A DNA stretch of 64,000 nt from Malacoraja senta (taxonomy: Eukaryota), in NCBI GenBank assembly GCA_038087875.1, contig CM075988.1:3100001-3164000 (forward strand). The letters run 5' to 3'. How positions within the stretch are numbered: position 1 is the stretch's first letter; each line of letters begins with the position of its first letter. Positions 24,941 through 37,644 of the stretch are shown piece by piece. The position numbers and the translations under genes were made by a program. Under the pieces are notes generated by a model, which was given only the letters and a program-made list of their open reading frames with translations, ran no database searches and was not told the origin of the DNA.

Positions 24941-26640
24941 ACTGTACAGATACATGCTGACGGGAATAATGTGTAGTGCAAGATAAAGTCCAGTAAAATC
25001 CAAATAAAGATAGCTCGAGGGTCTCCATTGAGGTAAATAGTAGCTCAGCACTGCTCTCTAATTGTCAGTAGGATAGATCAGTTGCCTGATAACAGCTGGG
25101 AAGAAACTGTCCCTGAATCTAGAGGTGCGCATTTTCACACTTCTATGCCTCTTGCCTGGTGGGAGAGAGGAGAAGATGGAGTGGCTGGGGTGAGACTGAT
25201 CCTTGACTATGCAGGGAGTAATAGCAGGGGTAATAGCAGGATTTCCTCTTGCTGGTTATCATCCTCAGCTGGCACGTGCAGTGTGAATGGTACTTGCCAC
25301 TTACCAGCCCAGAAGGGTACTGTCCAGGTGCTGCTGCATCAGCGTGTGGGCTGCTTCATTATCTGAACAGGCCCAAATATTATGTAGTTATCAGTGATAA
25401 TCCCTACTTATTGCCGGAACGTTGGCAGGGCCCATAGCCCTCGCTGCATCTAATGCCTTTAGCCATTTCTTGATATCACAAAGAGTAAACCGAATTGGCT
25501 GAAGACTGGTAATTATCATGCTAGGATTACTGCAGGAGGCCAATGGAATTGGCTGTTCCATTGCCTTTCTGACTGGCCATCGGTCCTTCACTTTGGATAA
25601 AGTATCCAGAACTCGAGAAGCTCTACTTTCATTGATTCATTGCTCTAGTTTCCTTTAAAATTCACCCCTCTCACCTTAAAGCCATACCCTCTAGTGTTTG
25701 AATGTACAGCCAGAGTACAGAATAAATTACTGTGTTTAAGAGAGATTAGACCGGCTGTTGAATAGGCAAGGAGCTGCGTGGAAGGGTACAGAACTGGTGC
25801 AAAACAAATGTGATTAGCATAGATGGGCCTGGCGGGGCCTGGGGCCCATTGCTACGCTGTACCACTATGGTTCTAATTTGCACAATGGGTTTGTTTATTT
25901 TCTCCCAGTACAAATCATAAATATAAAATGATCACACGATTGTCAAGCATGTTCCTTGTGATGAGCAACGTTTATTAAATCTGAGGCATTATGATCTCCT
26001 TAGATAACAAATAAACAGACTACAGTTGCTTCACTCCTGTGCAGCTGGAGGTCCAAAAATTGCTGATAGTTGTGGCCAATGATTTCATTCCAACACTCAA
26101 ATGCTGTGACCACAACCTATAGACCTATAGGCCAGCAACAGTGCAGTGAGTGGAGTCTAAAGTTGTCATAATGTGGATGGAACAGAATTAAGTGCTACCC
26201 ATGCTAAATTAACAGGCACACTTTAATCCCATGTCGTGATTCCAGCACATATTTTCCAGCTCTAGCTCTTGAGTTGCTGATCAGAAATGGGTTATGTGTT
26301 ATTGTGGAAAATATGCTTGTTCTTTGTGATTATGCCTGCCAAACAAATGCTCAGATGGAAAGGCCAGCCCAGTGTTGTCTTAGATGAGTGATTACTTGGA
26401 TGTATTTCCAATGTTGCAAACTTGGCTTTCGTGCTTAACCAACCAATGTGTTCCTTACCCACTACAATTCATCAATAGAGCCATTTTTATCTGAGGTTAG
26501 ATTGGAGAGTGTATAGTTATTATTTTAGAAGGTTGATAGTGATTCATGTGGGATTGAGGCTTTACTTGACTAAAAGGTTTGGAGTAATTCCCAGAGACTT
26601 TGTTGATATGTTTGCTTGTTTCCTTTGCTTCACCCAGGAG

Positions 26641-27502
26641 ATGATTGATTGATTAGATTGATTAGATTTTATTGTCATTTGAACCTCAAAGAGGCTCAAA
26701 CGAAATTCCATTTCCACAGCCATACAAACAAAACAATTCCTACAAGACACACAAACAATTCAATTTACAGGAAAACATCCATCACAGTGAATCACCTCCT
26801 CACTGTGATGGAAGGCAAAGTCTTTTCTCTCCCCTGCACCATTTTTCTCCCGATGTTGAAGCCCCAGGCGGGTAATGTTAAGTCCCACGGCCGTTGAGGC
26901 CGCGCCGGGCGGTATACGGCCTCGCTCCGGGCCCAAAAGTCACCAAGTTGGAGCCCCCGGCGGGCGCTGGAATGTCCCGCGGCCATTAAAGCCGCGCCGG
27001 GCGATTTACAGCCCCGCTCCGAGTCGTTCCAACCCCGCGACACGGGCGGGAGAAGTTGCGTTGCGGGAGCTCCGGAAAGCGGTCTCTCACCCGGACCCTC
27101 GAGCTCCCGATGTCACAGTCCACGGGTCTGCAGCTGCAGCTGGAGCTCCGGAGTCGGGCCGCAGCAGCGAGCCACCACCGCTCCTCACGCTCCGAGGACG
27201 GCCAGCCCCACGATGGTAAGTCCGCAGCTCCACAGGCTCCGCGACTGGAGCCCCCAGGTCGTCCCGGTCGGAGGCCGCTCCACGGAGCTAGGCCCCAACG
27301 ACAACGGAGACCCGACAGCTAAAAGGTCGGGTCTCCCGTGCAGGGAAGAGATTTTTTAAAGTTTCCCCCTCCCCCCCCCCCCGCCCCCCACATATACACA
27401 ATTAAAAACAATATAAAAAAACACAAACAACTACATTTAACTAGACAAAAACAAAAAAAGACAGACGGACTGCAGTCGAGCCGCTGCCATTAGGCGCCGC
27501 CA
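26641..27502 (-). mobile_element. GC-rich non-autonomous retroelement with (AATC)n-type tail; a related element lies at 32150-33000
   Basis: GC-rich head, aataaa plus microsatellite tail. A shared 3' block (aacatcc..cacag...cactgtga.gg.aaggca) also occurs at ~32305-32370 and inverted at ~54445-54510. Confidence 0.55.
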
Positions 27503-27854
27503 ATTGCATTGCCACTGTTGTACATTGTTGCTCGGTGCTTTATATAGAACAAGCTTGGCAGTCAGAGAGCTCTTGGTCTCAGCAATGTAGATATAATTTT
27601 GTTTGGTTGTTTTGCTTCCTCCATTGCTGATTGTAAATAGATTATGTGTAGAAAGGAACTGCAGATGTTTGTTTACACCCAAGATAGAACAAAATGCTGG
27701 AGTATCTCAATGGGACAGGCACCATCTCTGCATAGAAGGATCAGGTAACGTTTTGGGCGTGACGCTTCTTTGCCCGCATCTCCTCCTCAGCCACAATCAG
27801 CTACCTCGGCGTCAAACAACATTTGAAGCCAAGTCTGAGCAATTTGCTTGCTCA

Positions 27855-29669
27855 AAGGGCTGTCTCACTGTGCGAGTTGACCCACGAGTGACCCCGAGTT
27901 TAAAACAAATTTAACTCGTAATCACGTACAATTAACGTAGCGGGAACGTTGGAACTCGTGGACGCAACTTAGCGACTCTTGGCGCTAACGGCAGGTACCC
28001 GTGAAACTTGTTAACTCTTGCAAAAGTTCAAACATGTTTGAACTTTTCCACGCGTAAAATGTACTCTTGTGGTTAAAAATTGAAACATTTAAACTCGTAA
28101 GAACGTAGTGGCCCGTGCGTTTAACTTTGTGACTCGTGATTCTACCGTGGAAACTCTTTTTAGAAACAATAATCAGGGACAGAAATATCAGTTACTTAGA
28201 CTTTTTAAAGACAAATTCTGCTTAATAAAGTTAAGCAAGTTATTGATAAGGTGACAGAGTGGGTTGAAAAGAAAAAATTGCTTGAAGTTTATATATAAAT
28301 TTGTGTTGTGTTGTGTTGTGTTGAAAAGCTTTTTGCTGAACCGTTTGATTCTCACTGTTTGTTTACTTCATTGCACAATAAAAGAGAGTTCTTTGCTATC
28401 AAGGTCAAATTGATGTCTGGAAGTCTTCATTTTAATATCACTACAAAGTCTCATGACTTGAATGTAATATTCCTTTCATCATAAAACACAAAATAGAGGA
28501 AGGCAAAATATATTCACATCTTGATTCTCACAATCATTTGTGAGATTTAAGGACTCAGCTGCCTCATATGCTGTGCTTTTTAAATGTTTAAAATTGTCAC
28601 CTCTCAGTAGATCAGAAAATAAGACAAAGTCCTATGTGAAACAAATGTCTTGAATGTGAAACAAAGTCTTTATTCTTGTTCAATATAAAAAATGCTTTTT
28701 TGCGCATATTGAGAAAAGTAGCACCACAGCAAACAACACGGTGGTCTGAAAAAGGGCTTCTCATACATGAAAATCAACAAATGAAGCACAAATAAAAGTA
28801 TTTCCACTATATACTAATTCAGCTGAGAAATGCACTAGTCTAAATTCAGGCAATAAAAGATACAATGCAATGCGCTAAATGACAAGCTTTGAGATCTACA
28901 ATCAGATAAGCAGATGCATGATAACCACGTTTTAAAGGAAAGACAGACAGATGCAATGAAATTACTTTTACACCACAATAAAAAATAAAATCCACACTTA
29001 AAGTTAAACAATGAAAAGTCAGCAGGATTTAAACTAAACATGAAATTAACTGGATTTTTCTGCATGTGGGCTCTCCTCATGCAGTGATGTACCTGTGGTC
29101 GGCAGCCGCTCAAAATAAGCTGTCCTGCCACGGCACACTGCCCAATTCTGAATTATAGTAGGAGCAGAGATGGTCTCTCTGCTCTTTTGCACTGTTGGTC
29201 CCCGTGTTACCTCGAAAACACTGCAGTGGCAGCAAAGTCTCGTCGTTTGTACCACTCCTCCACGCACCTAATGTTATTCTCCCTGTTTGACTGTCTACTA
29301 AGTCACCGTCCTGCATGGCTGTTGCTGATCCTGAAGCTGCACCTCTGATACGGATCAGGTTGTGCAGAACACATGCAGTAAACACAATAGTCTCTACGTT
29401 CTTTGGCTGGCATGACATCATTTTTTTAACATGTGATGATTTTTCAACACTTCGATATACATTGTTGCCTCAAGATTAACGGGAGAGGAACTTGGTACAC
29501 TCGGGAGACGAACTTGGAACATCGCAGAAATGAGAAGTAAACGGGAAACTTAGACATACCCGTGGGAACTCGGTTAAACTCTGGATCATAAACTTGTAGT
29601 CTCGTACGCAACCACGAGTCTTTCACTCGGGGTCACTCGTGGGTCAACTCGCACAGTGAGACAGACCTT
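27855..29669 (-). mobile_element. PIF/Harbinger DNA transposon, internally deleted
   Basis: ~45-bp TIRs (aagggctgtctcactgtgcgagttgacccacgagtgaccccgagt and its reverse complement). 3-bp TSD TCA at 27852-27854 and 29670-29672. ORF 29110-29421 encodes a Harbinger nuclease C-terminus (IVFTACVLHNLIR...RDHLCSYY...GSVPWQD). Confidence 0.88.
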
Positions 29670-29809
29670 TCACTTGTGAGATCTGCGGTTATAAATCACA
29701 GCTGACTCCTAATGCTTCCTCTGTTATTTTCTACAAATAACTCATTCCTATAGATGAACCTTAGTGCTGTGACACAAATCTTCATCTTTTGCATTAAGTG
29801 TTCTGTTAA

Positions 29810-30520
29810 CATCTCCAAATTTGCGGATGACACAAAGCTGGGTGGCAGTGTGAGCTGTGAGGAGGATCCTATGAGGCTGCACGGTGACTTGGTTAGGTTG
29901 GGTGACTAGGCAGATGCATGGCAGATGCAGTATAATGTGGATAAATGTGAGGTTATCCACTTTGGTGGCAAGAACAAAAAGGCAGATTATTATCTGAATG
30001 GTGTCAGATTAGGAAAAGAGGAGGTGCAACGAGACCTGGGTGTGCTGGTACATAAGTCACTGAATGTAAGCATGCAGGTAAAGCAGGCAGTGAAGAAACA
30101 AATGGCCTGTTGGCCTTTTTTAACGAGAGGATTTGATAGGATCAAGGGGGTTCTACTGCAGAGCCCTGGTGAGACCACACCTGGAGTATTGTGTACAATT
30201 TTGGTCTCCTAATTTGAGGAAGGACATTCTTGCTATTAAGGGAGTACAGCGTAGGTTCACGACGTTAATTTCCGGGATGGCGGGACTGACATGTGATGAA
30301 AAAATGGGTCGACTGGGCTTATATTCACTGGAATTTAGAAGGATGAGAGGGAATCTTATGGATACATACAAAATTCTTAAGGGATTGGACAGGCTAGATA
30401 CAGGAAAAATGTTTCCGACTCTGGTTCTGACCAGAGGTCACAGTTTAAGAATAAGGGGTAGGCCATTTAGGACGGAGATGAGGAAAAACTTTTTCACCCA
30501 GAGAGTTGTGAATCTGGAAT
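29810..30520 (+). mobile_element. CR1 LINE fragment
   Basis: SKFADDTKL, KCEVIHFG and RPHLEYCVQFWSP motifs with frameshifts. Confidence 0.92.
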
Positions 30521-33500
30521 TCACATTGATTGATTTCACATTGGGTTGATTTCTCAATTTCTCCAGATTCATGGACAGTTTCTTCCCAGTTGTTATCAGG
30601 CAACTGAATCACCCTACCACAACCAGAGAGCATTCCTAAACTATTATCTACCTCATTGGTGACCCTCAGACTATCCTTGATCGGACTTTGCTGGCTTTAC
30701 CTTGCACGGAATGTTATTCCCTTATCATGTATATATGCACTGTAAATGGCTCGATTGTAATCATGTATTGTCTTTCTGCTGACTGGATAGCATGCAACAA
30801 AAGCTTTTCACTGTAAAAAAACTGGAAAAAAATCTTGTTATGGCTATATCATCTATATTGTAGTGGACCACGGAAGGATACTCATGCACTTAGACAACCA
30901 AGTATCTTGAAGTTAGAATAAGCAAGTGAACATGGACAGCCAACACCTTCAATAAGGTTAATCTGATTAAAGTATATTTGCAGTGAGAGTACTGCAATAT
31001 AAATTAGGTGGCTGAGATATTTAAGGTGATTTTGCGTAAACCAGACTTATTTGTGTACAGTCTAGGTATAATCAAAGGCTTGTCCAATATGTGATCCATA
31101 ATGGATGTTGGGCAAACTTACGATCTTATGATTATTTGCACAATTTAGAAACTCATCCGACTTCAGGATCTCAAATGCACACTATTGGTTTGGACGTCCC
31201 TGGCAATATTCCAGATTGTTGGATGTTAATATTGTATATAATGAAACAGCTTGAGTGAGTTTAGTTGATTGTCACGTGTACCTCATCGTTCATGAGGTAC
31301 TGTGAATAGCTTTTGTTGCGTGCTAACCAGTCAGCGGGAAGACAATACATGATTACAATCGAGCTATCCACAGTGCACAGATACATGATAACGGGAATAA
31401 CGTAAATAGCTTTTAGTCCAGGATAAATACCAGTAAAGTCCGGTCAAAAAAAGTCCGAGGATCTCCAGTGAGGTGGATAGTAGTTCAGGACTGCTCTCTA
31501 GTTGTTGGTAGGATGGTTCAGTTGCCTAATAACAGTTGGGACAAAGCTATCCATTCATTGCGGCACAGTGGCGCAGCTGGTAGAGCAGCTGCTTCACAGC
31601 ACCAGAGACCCGGGTTTGATCCTGACCTCTGGTGCTGTCTGTGTTGAGTGCACATTCACCCTGTGACCACATGGACCACATGACCACCGGGTGCTCCCGT
31701 TTCGCCCCACATTCTAACGATATGCAGGTTTGTAGGTTAATTGGCCTCTGTAAATTGGCCCGAGTGTGCAGGGGATGGATGTGAAAGTGGGATAACAGAA
31801 CTCGTGTGGATAGGTTTAAGAAGGAACTGCAGATGCTGGAAAAATCGAACGTAGACACAAAATGCTGCAGAAACTCAGCGGGTGAGGCAGCATCTATGGA
31901 GAGTAGGCGAAGTTTCAGGTCGAGACGCTTCTTCAGACTGATGTCGGGGGGGGGGGAAGAAAGGAAGAGGCGGAGACCGTAGGCTATGTGGTAGAGCTGG
32001 GAAGGGGGAGAGGAAGGAGAGAGAAAGTAAGGACTGCCCGGTTGCCCAGCACTTCAACTCCCCCTCCCATTCTGAATCTGACCTTTCTATCCTGGGCTTC
32101 CTCCATTGTCAGAGTGAGGCCCAGCACAAATTGGTGGAACAACAGCGTTAAAGTAAAGTAAAGTAAAATAAATTTATTTATATAGCACTTTTCAATCAAT
32201 TTCAATCAAAGAAGCCAAAGTGCTTTACAGAGAAAATTATCCATATAAATGAAAAAAAAGAGGTAGAAAAAAAGCCACAACACACTATAAGAGATTCAAC
32301 ACGAACATCCCCCCACAGCAGAGTCGACACTCTCCACTGTGAGGGAAAGGCACCAAAATGTCCAGTCCTCCTCCTCTTCCTCCTAGTCCACCCGAGGTCG
32401 GGGCCAGTTTGAGGCCTCCGCAGCCAGTCGCCGCAACGGCAGCCCGATGTTGTATGCCCACCTGCCGGGAAGCTGGAACACCGGCATCGGGTGGAAAGTC
32501 CTCAGCAGCTTGGTAGTGTCTGGAGCGGCCGCTCCCTCCCCGGAGACTGCGACGCCCGTAGTCTTCAGGCCGCGTCGGTTGGAGCTCCGACTCTGACTCC
32601 GCGGTGTTTTCGACCCAGCGGGACGCCCTCAGACCGCAGACCGCAGCTCCTCGATGTTGGTGGTCGGCGGTCACAGCACTCCGGAGCGGCGACCCGGCAA
32701 GGCATCGCCCGCTCCTTGTTGGTGTCGCAGCGCTGTGCCGCCGAAGCTGTGGTCCCGGCAGGAAACGCCGCTCCAGCACGATGGAAGGCCGCATGGGGAG
32801 AGCGAAGATGCGATTTGGAGGAAAACCGCATCTCTGACCAGGTAGAACTGGGGTTAAAACAGTTCCCCCCCCCCACCCACCCCCCACATAGAAAGAATAG
32901 ACATCCAAATAAAAGTTATAGAAAACTAAAAGGGTTAGAGGACGGACTGCAGGCAGGCGCCCGTACAAACGGCGCCCACTCCTGCACATCCGCCATCTTG
33001 AGTTAAGAACATTGACTTCTGTAATTTCATGTAGACCTTGCTTTCTCCCTCCTTCCACTCCCCGTCCCCCTTCCCAGCTCTCCCACATAGCCTACGGTCT
33101 TGCTTTCTCCCCCCCCCCCCCAGTCTGAAAACATCGCCTATTCCTTTTCTCCATAGATGCTGCCTCACCCACTGAGTTTCTCCAGCTTTTATTGTCTACT
33201 TAGTGTGGATAGGTGATCAATAGGGCTAGGGCGTTTCAATGCTTTTTAAAACATTTTTTTCTCTCTTGTTTATTATATTGTTTACAATGTACTATGTTTA
33301 CATATTCTGTGTAGGAAAGAACTGCACATGCTGGTTTAAATCGAAGATAGACACAAAATGCTAGAAACCCGATACATCACCCATTCCTTCTCTCAGTAAA
33401 AGATGCTGCCTGTCCCGCTGAGTTACTCCAGCATTTTGTGACTATGTTTACATATTATGTTGTGCTGCTGCAAGTAAGAATTTCATTGTTCTATCTGGGA

Positions 33501-34247
33501 CATTTGACAATAAAACACTCTTGACTCTCTTGAATGTTTTGGAAAATATGCATGGTAGTGAGATTGGAATAGATGGCTCATGTAACATCAACTGACCTTT
33601 TCAGGCAAGCTGTCTGTTTTGCTGCAGGAACAGTTGATGTCCCCCTGTAGCCTTTATGTGACAGTCAAGCAAATAACTGAGGCCTGTTCTTATTATTTAT
33701 TTAAAAGAATTTGAGTCTGAAGAAGGGTCTCGACCCAAAATGTCACCTATTCCTTTTCTCCAGAGGTGCTGTCTGACCAGTTGAGTTATTCCAGCTTTTT
33801 GTGTCTATATCGGTTTAAACCAGCATCTGCAGTTCCTTCCTGCGCAAAGGCCATCAACATTCCTGTGTACTTAACGTGAGTGGTTAAGGCAGCATTACAG
33901 AGCTTTGATCTGATCTGTGAAGGAAGGAACTGCAGATGCTGGATTACACCGAAGATAGACACAAAATGCTGGAGTAACTCAGCGGGTCAGGCAGCATCTC
34001 TGGGGAAAAGGAATAGGTGGCATTCGAGAGTGGGAAGAAGGGTCTCGACCCAAAACGTCATATGATTACTTTCTATAAATCGTATTTATTTATAGAATAA
34101 AATTATTGGAGGCTAAGAAACAGGCCACTTGTTTGGGTTTAACTGAAACATATTACAAATTGGGAGAAGGCAATAGTTGAAGACTTGGATTTTGTTTTTG
34201 TGTTAATATTTTTAAAATTCTAACAGAAAGTTTGCATTCCTTGGCAG

Positions 34248-34393
34248 AAATAAAGACCACAGTGGTATATCCAGCTACAGAGAAGCATATCAAGAAGTAC
34301 CTGCAGCAGGAGATGCACTTGATTAATGAAACAGCAGATGACTACAAGAATATTACCGCTCCATACCTTCAATCCCAGTCCTTCAGTATTCAG
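34248..34393 (+). CDS. DCPS: DCPS internal coding exon (equivalent to human exon 3), 146 bp
   Basis: Acceptor ttggcAG at 34241-34247 and donor GTattg at 34394. Translates (E)[48 protein letters not shown], which matches vertebrate DcpS ([14 protein letters not shown]...). It splices in frame to the next exon. Confidence 0.96.
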
Positions 34394-34459
34394 GTATTGT
34401 CCACTTCAATCAATATTTTTCCTTCTGCTCTCTCCTTTCTCATGTCTCAACACAAGAGA

Positions 34460-35060
34460 CTAGCATTTATTTCGAGAGGAGTAGAATATCAAAAACAGTG
34501 ATGTAATGCTGAGGTTTTATAAGGCACTGGTCAGACCGCATTTGGAGTATTGTGAGCAGTTTTTGGCCTCATATCTGAGGAAGGATGTGCTGGTGTTGGA
34601 GAGGATCCTGATGAGGTTTACAAAAATGATCCCAGGAATGATTGGGTTAACATATGATGAGCGTTTGAAGGCATTGGGCCTGTACTCGCTGGAGTTTAGA
34701 AGTATAAGGGGGAGACCTCATTGAAACTTACCAAATAATGAAAGTCCGAGATAGAGTGAATGTGGAGAGTATGTTTCCACTCGTTGAAGTCATCGGACCA
34801 GAGGCCCTAGCCTCAGAATAAAAGGACGTACCTTTAGAAAGGAGATGAGGAGGAATTTCTTCAGTCAGAAGATGGTGAATCTGTGGAATTCATTGCCACA
34901 GACTGCTGTCAATTAATATTTTTAAGGTGGAGATTGACAGATTCTTGATTTCTAAGGGTGTCAGGGGTTATGGGGACAAGACAGGAGAATGGGGTTGAGA
35001 ATGGGGTTGAGAAGGAAAGGTAGATCAGCCATGATTGAATGGTAGAGTAGACTTGATGAG
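34460..35060 (+). mobile_element. CR1 LINE 3' fragment
   Basis: YKALVRPHLEYC motif and CR1 3' UTR, just downstream of the DCPS exon. Confidence 0.88.
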
Positions 35061-35340
35061 GTTTACAAAAATGATCCTAGAACTCATGAAGAGACCTCTT
35101 CCTGACCTGGGAGGTGGTATACAGATAGGGTTGTATCCTACAAAATCCATATTTTTAATTTAAGCAATAAATTAAAATTATTCAACGGATGTAGATGTTT
35201 CTCACAATGCCAGTATTTTATGCCTGAATGCCTGAATGCCTCGGAATTGAAGCAGAAAGATCAACAAGGATCTAATGGAGGTTTGAAGAACTGCAGGTGC
35301 TAGAATCTTGAGCAAAACACAAAGCGCTGGAGTAATTCCT

Positions 35341-36272
35341 CTGTGAAGATGGGAGAACCTTCCAGAAGGACAACTATATCTGCAGCACACCATCAATCAG
35401 GCCTTAATGGTAGAGTAGGCAAACGGAAGCCACTCCTCAGTAAAAGGCACATGATAGCCCGCTTGGAGTTTGCCAAAATGCACCTAAAGGACTCTCAAAC
35501 CAAGATTGAACTCTTTGGCCGGAATGTCAAGCGTCACGTCTGAAGGAAACCAGGCACTGCTCATCACCTGGCCAATACCATACCTACGGTGAAGCATGGT
35601 GGTGGCAGCATCATGCTGTGGGGATTATTTTCAGCGGCAGGAACTGGGAGACTAGTCAGGATCGCAGGCAAGATGAACGGAGCAAAGGACTGAGAGAGAT
35701 CCTTGATGAAAACCTTCTCTAGAGCGTTCTGAACCTCAGACTGGGGCGGATGTTCACCTTCCAACAGGATAACGACCCTAAGCACACAGCCAAGACAACG
35801 CAGGAGTGGCTTTGTGACAAGTCTATGAATGTCCTTGAGTGGCCCAACTAGAGCCCAGACTTGAACCCAATCTCGGGAGGGACCTGAAAATAGTTGTGCA
35901 TTAACGCTCCCCATCCAATCTGACAGAGCTTGAGAGGATCTGCAGAGAAGAATTCGAGAAATTACCCAAGTAAAGATGTGCCAAGCTTCTAGCGTCATAC
36001 CCAAGAAGACTTGAGGCTGTAATCGCTGCCAAAGGTGCCTCAACAATGTACTGAGTAAAGGGACTGAATACTTATGTAAATGTGATATTTCAGTTATTTC
36101 TTTTTAATTACTTTGCAAAAATTTCTAAATACCTGTTTTCGCTTTTTTATTTTGGGGTATTCTGTGCAGATTGATGATTTAAAAAAAAGAGTTTAATCCA
36201 TTTTAAAATAAGGCTGTAACATAACAAAATATGGAAAAAGTGAAGGGGTCTGAATACTTTCTGAATGCACTG
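35341..36272 (+). mobile_element. Tc1-like transposon relic (left part missing)
   Basis: Degenerate transposase ([45 protein letters not shown]). Right TIR ...gggtctgaatactttctgaatgcactg followed by TA. Confidence 0.9.
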
Positions 36273-36274
36273 TA

Positions 36275-37644
36275 TAAGAGAGCTCTCAGCACCTAGTCTT
36301 TCCTCCAGTTTTTCCATCACCTTTGGAAACTGTTATTGCTGTTTATCAACATGAGGACCAAAGTTGTGCCAATGAAAGTCAAAGAAGCCATTATGAGAAT
36401 GAGAAACAGGAATATAACTGTTAGACACATCAGCCAAACCGTAGGCTTACCAAAATCAACTGTTTGGAACATCATTAAGAAGAAAGAGAGCACTGGTGAG
36501 CTTATTAATCGCAAAAGGACTGGCAGGCCAAGGAAGACCTCCACAGTTGATGACAGAAGAACTCTTTGTATAATAAGGAAAAATCCTCAAACACCTGTCA
36601 GACAGATCAGAAACACTACTCAGGAGTCAGGTGTGGATTTGTCAATGATCACTGTCCGCAGAAGACTTCATGAACAGAAATACAGAGGCTACACTGCAAG
36701 ATGCAAACCACTAGTTAGCCGCATAAATATGATGGCCAGGTTACATTTTGCCAAGAAGTACTTAAAATAACAACCACAGTTCTGGAAAAAGGTCTTGTGC
36801 ACATATGAGATGAAGATTAACTTATATCAGAGTGATGGCAAGAGCAAGGTATAGAGGAGAGAAGGAACTGCCCAAGATCCAAAGCATACCACCTCATCTG
36901 TGAAACACGGTGGTAGGGGTGTTATGACCTGGGCATCTATGGCTGCTGAAGGTACTGGCTCACTTATCTTCATTGATGATACAACTACTGATGGTAGTAG
37001 CATAATGAATTCTGAAGTGTATAGACACATCCTATCAGCTCAAGTTCAAACAAATGCCTCAAAACTCATTGGCTGACAGTTCATTCCACAGCAAGACAAT
37101 GATCCCAAACATACAGCTCAGGCAACAAAGGAGTTTTACAAAGCTAAAAAATGGTCAATAATTGAGTGGCCAAGTCAGTCACCCGATCTGAATCCAATTC
37201 AGCATGCCTTTTATATGATGAAGAGAAAACTGAAGGGGACTAGCCCCCAAAACAAGCATAAGCTAAAGATGGCTGCAATACAGGCCTGGCAGAGCATCAC
37301 CAGAGAAGACACCCAGCAAATGGTGATGTCCATGAATCGCAAACTTCAAGCCGTCATTGCAAGCAAAGGATATGCAACGAAATACTAAACATGACTACTT
37401 TCATTTGCATGACATTGCTGTGTCCCAAACATTATGGTGCCCTGAAATTGGGGGTCTATGTATAAACACTGCTGTAATTTCTATATGATGAGACCAAAAT
37501 GTATAAAAGTGGCCTTTATTAAAATCTGACAATGTGCACTTTAACCACATGTGATTTTTTTTCTTTTACAAATCTCAAATTGTGGAGTACTGGGGCAAAT
37601 AAATAAATGATGGGTCTTTGTCCCAAACATTATGGAGGGCACTG
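36275..37644 (+). mobile_element. Second Tc1-like transposon relic of a different family, with a near full-length transposase pseudogene
   Basis: Paired-type HTH with KSTVWNII and RTGRPRKT, then VKHGG, QQDNDPKH, SPDLNPI and GYATKY* (~36351-37388), with premature stops. Right TIR ends ...ttatggagggcactg followed by TA. Internal direct repeat tgtcccaaacattatgg at ~37421 and ~37619. Confidence 0.9.

Noticed and set aside
32285..33088. 267-aa ORF, and similar GC-rich ORFs at 26792-27322, 19820-20524 and 55755-56533
   Set aside because: They lie in GC-rich repeats that are open in several frames, with no protein motifs.
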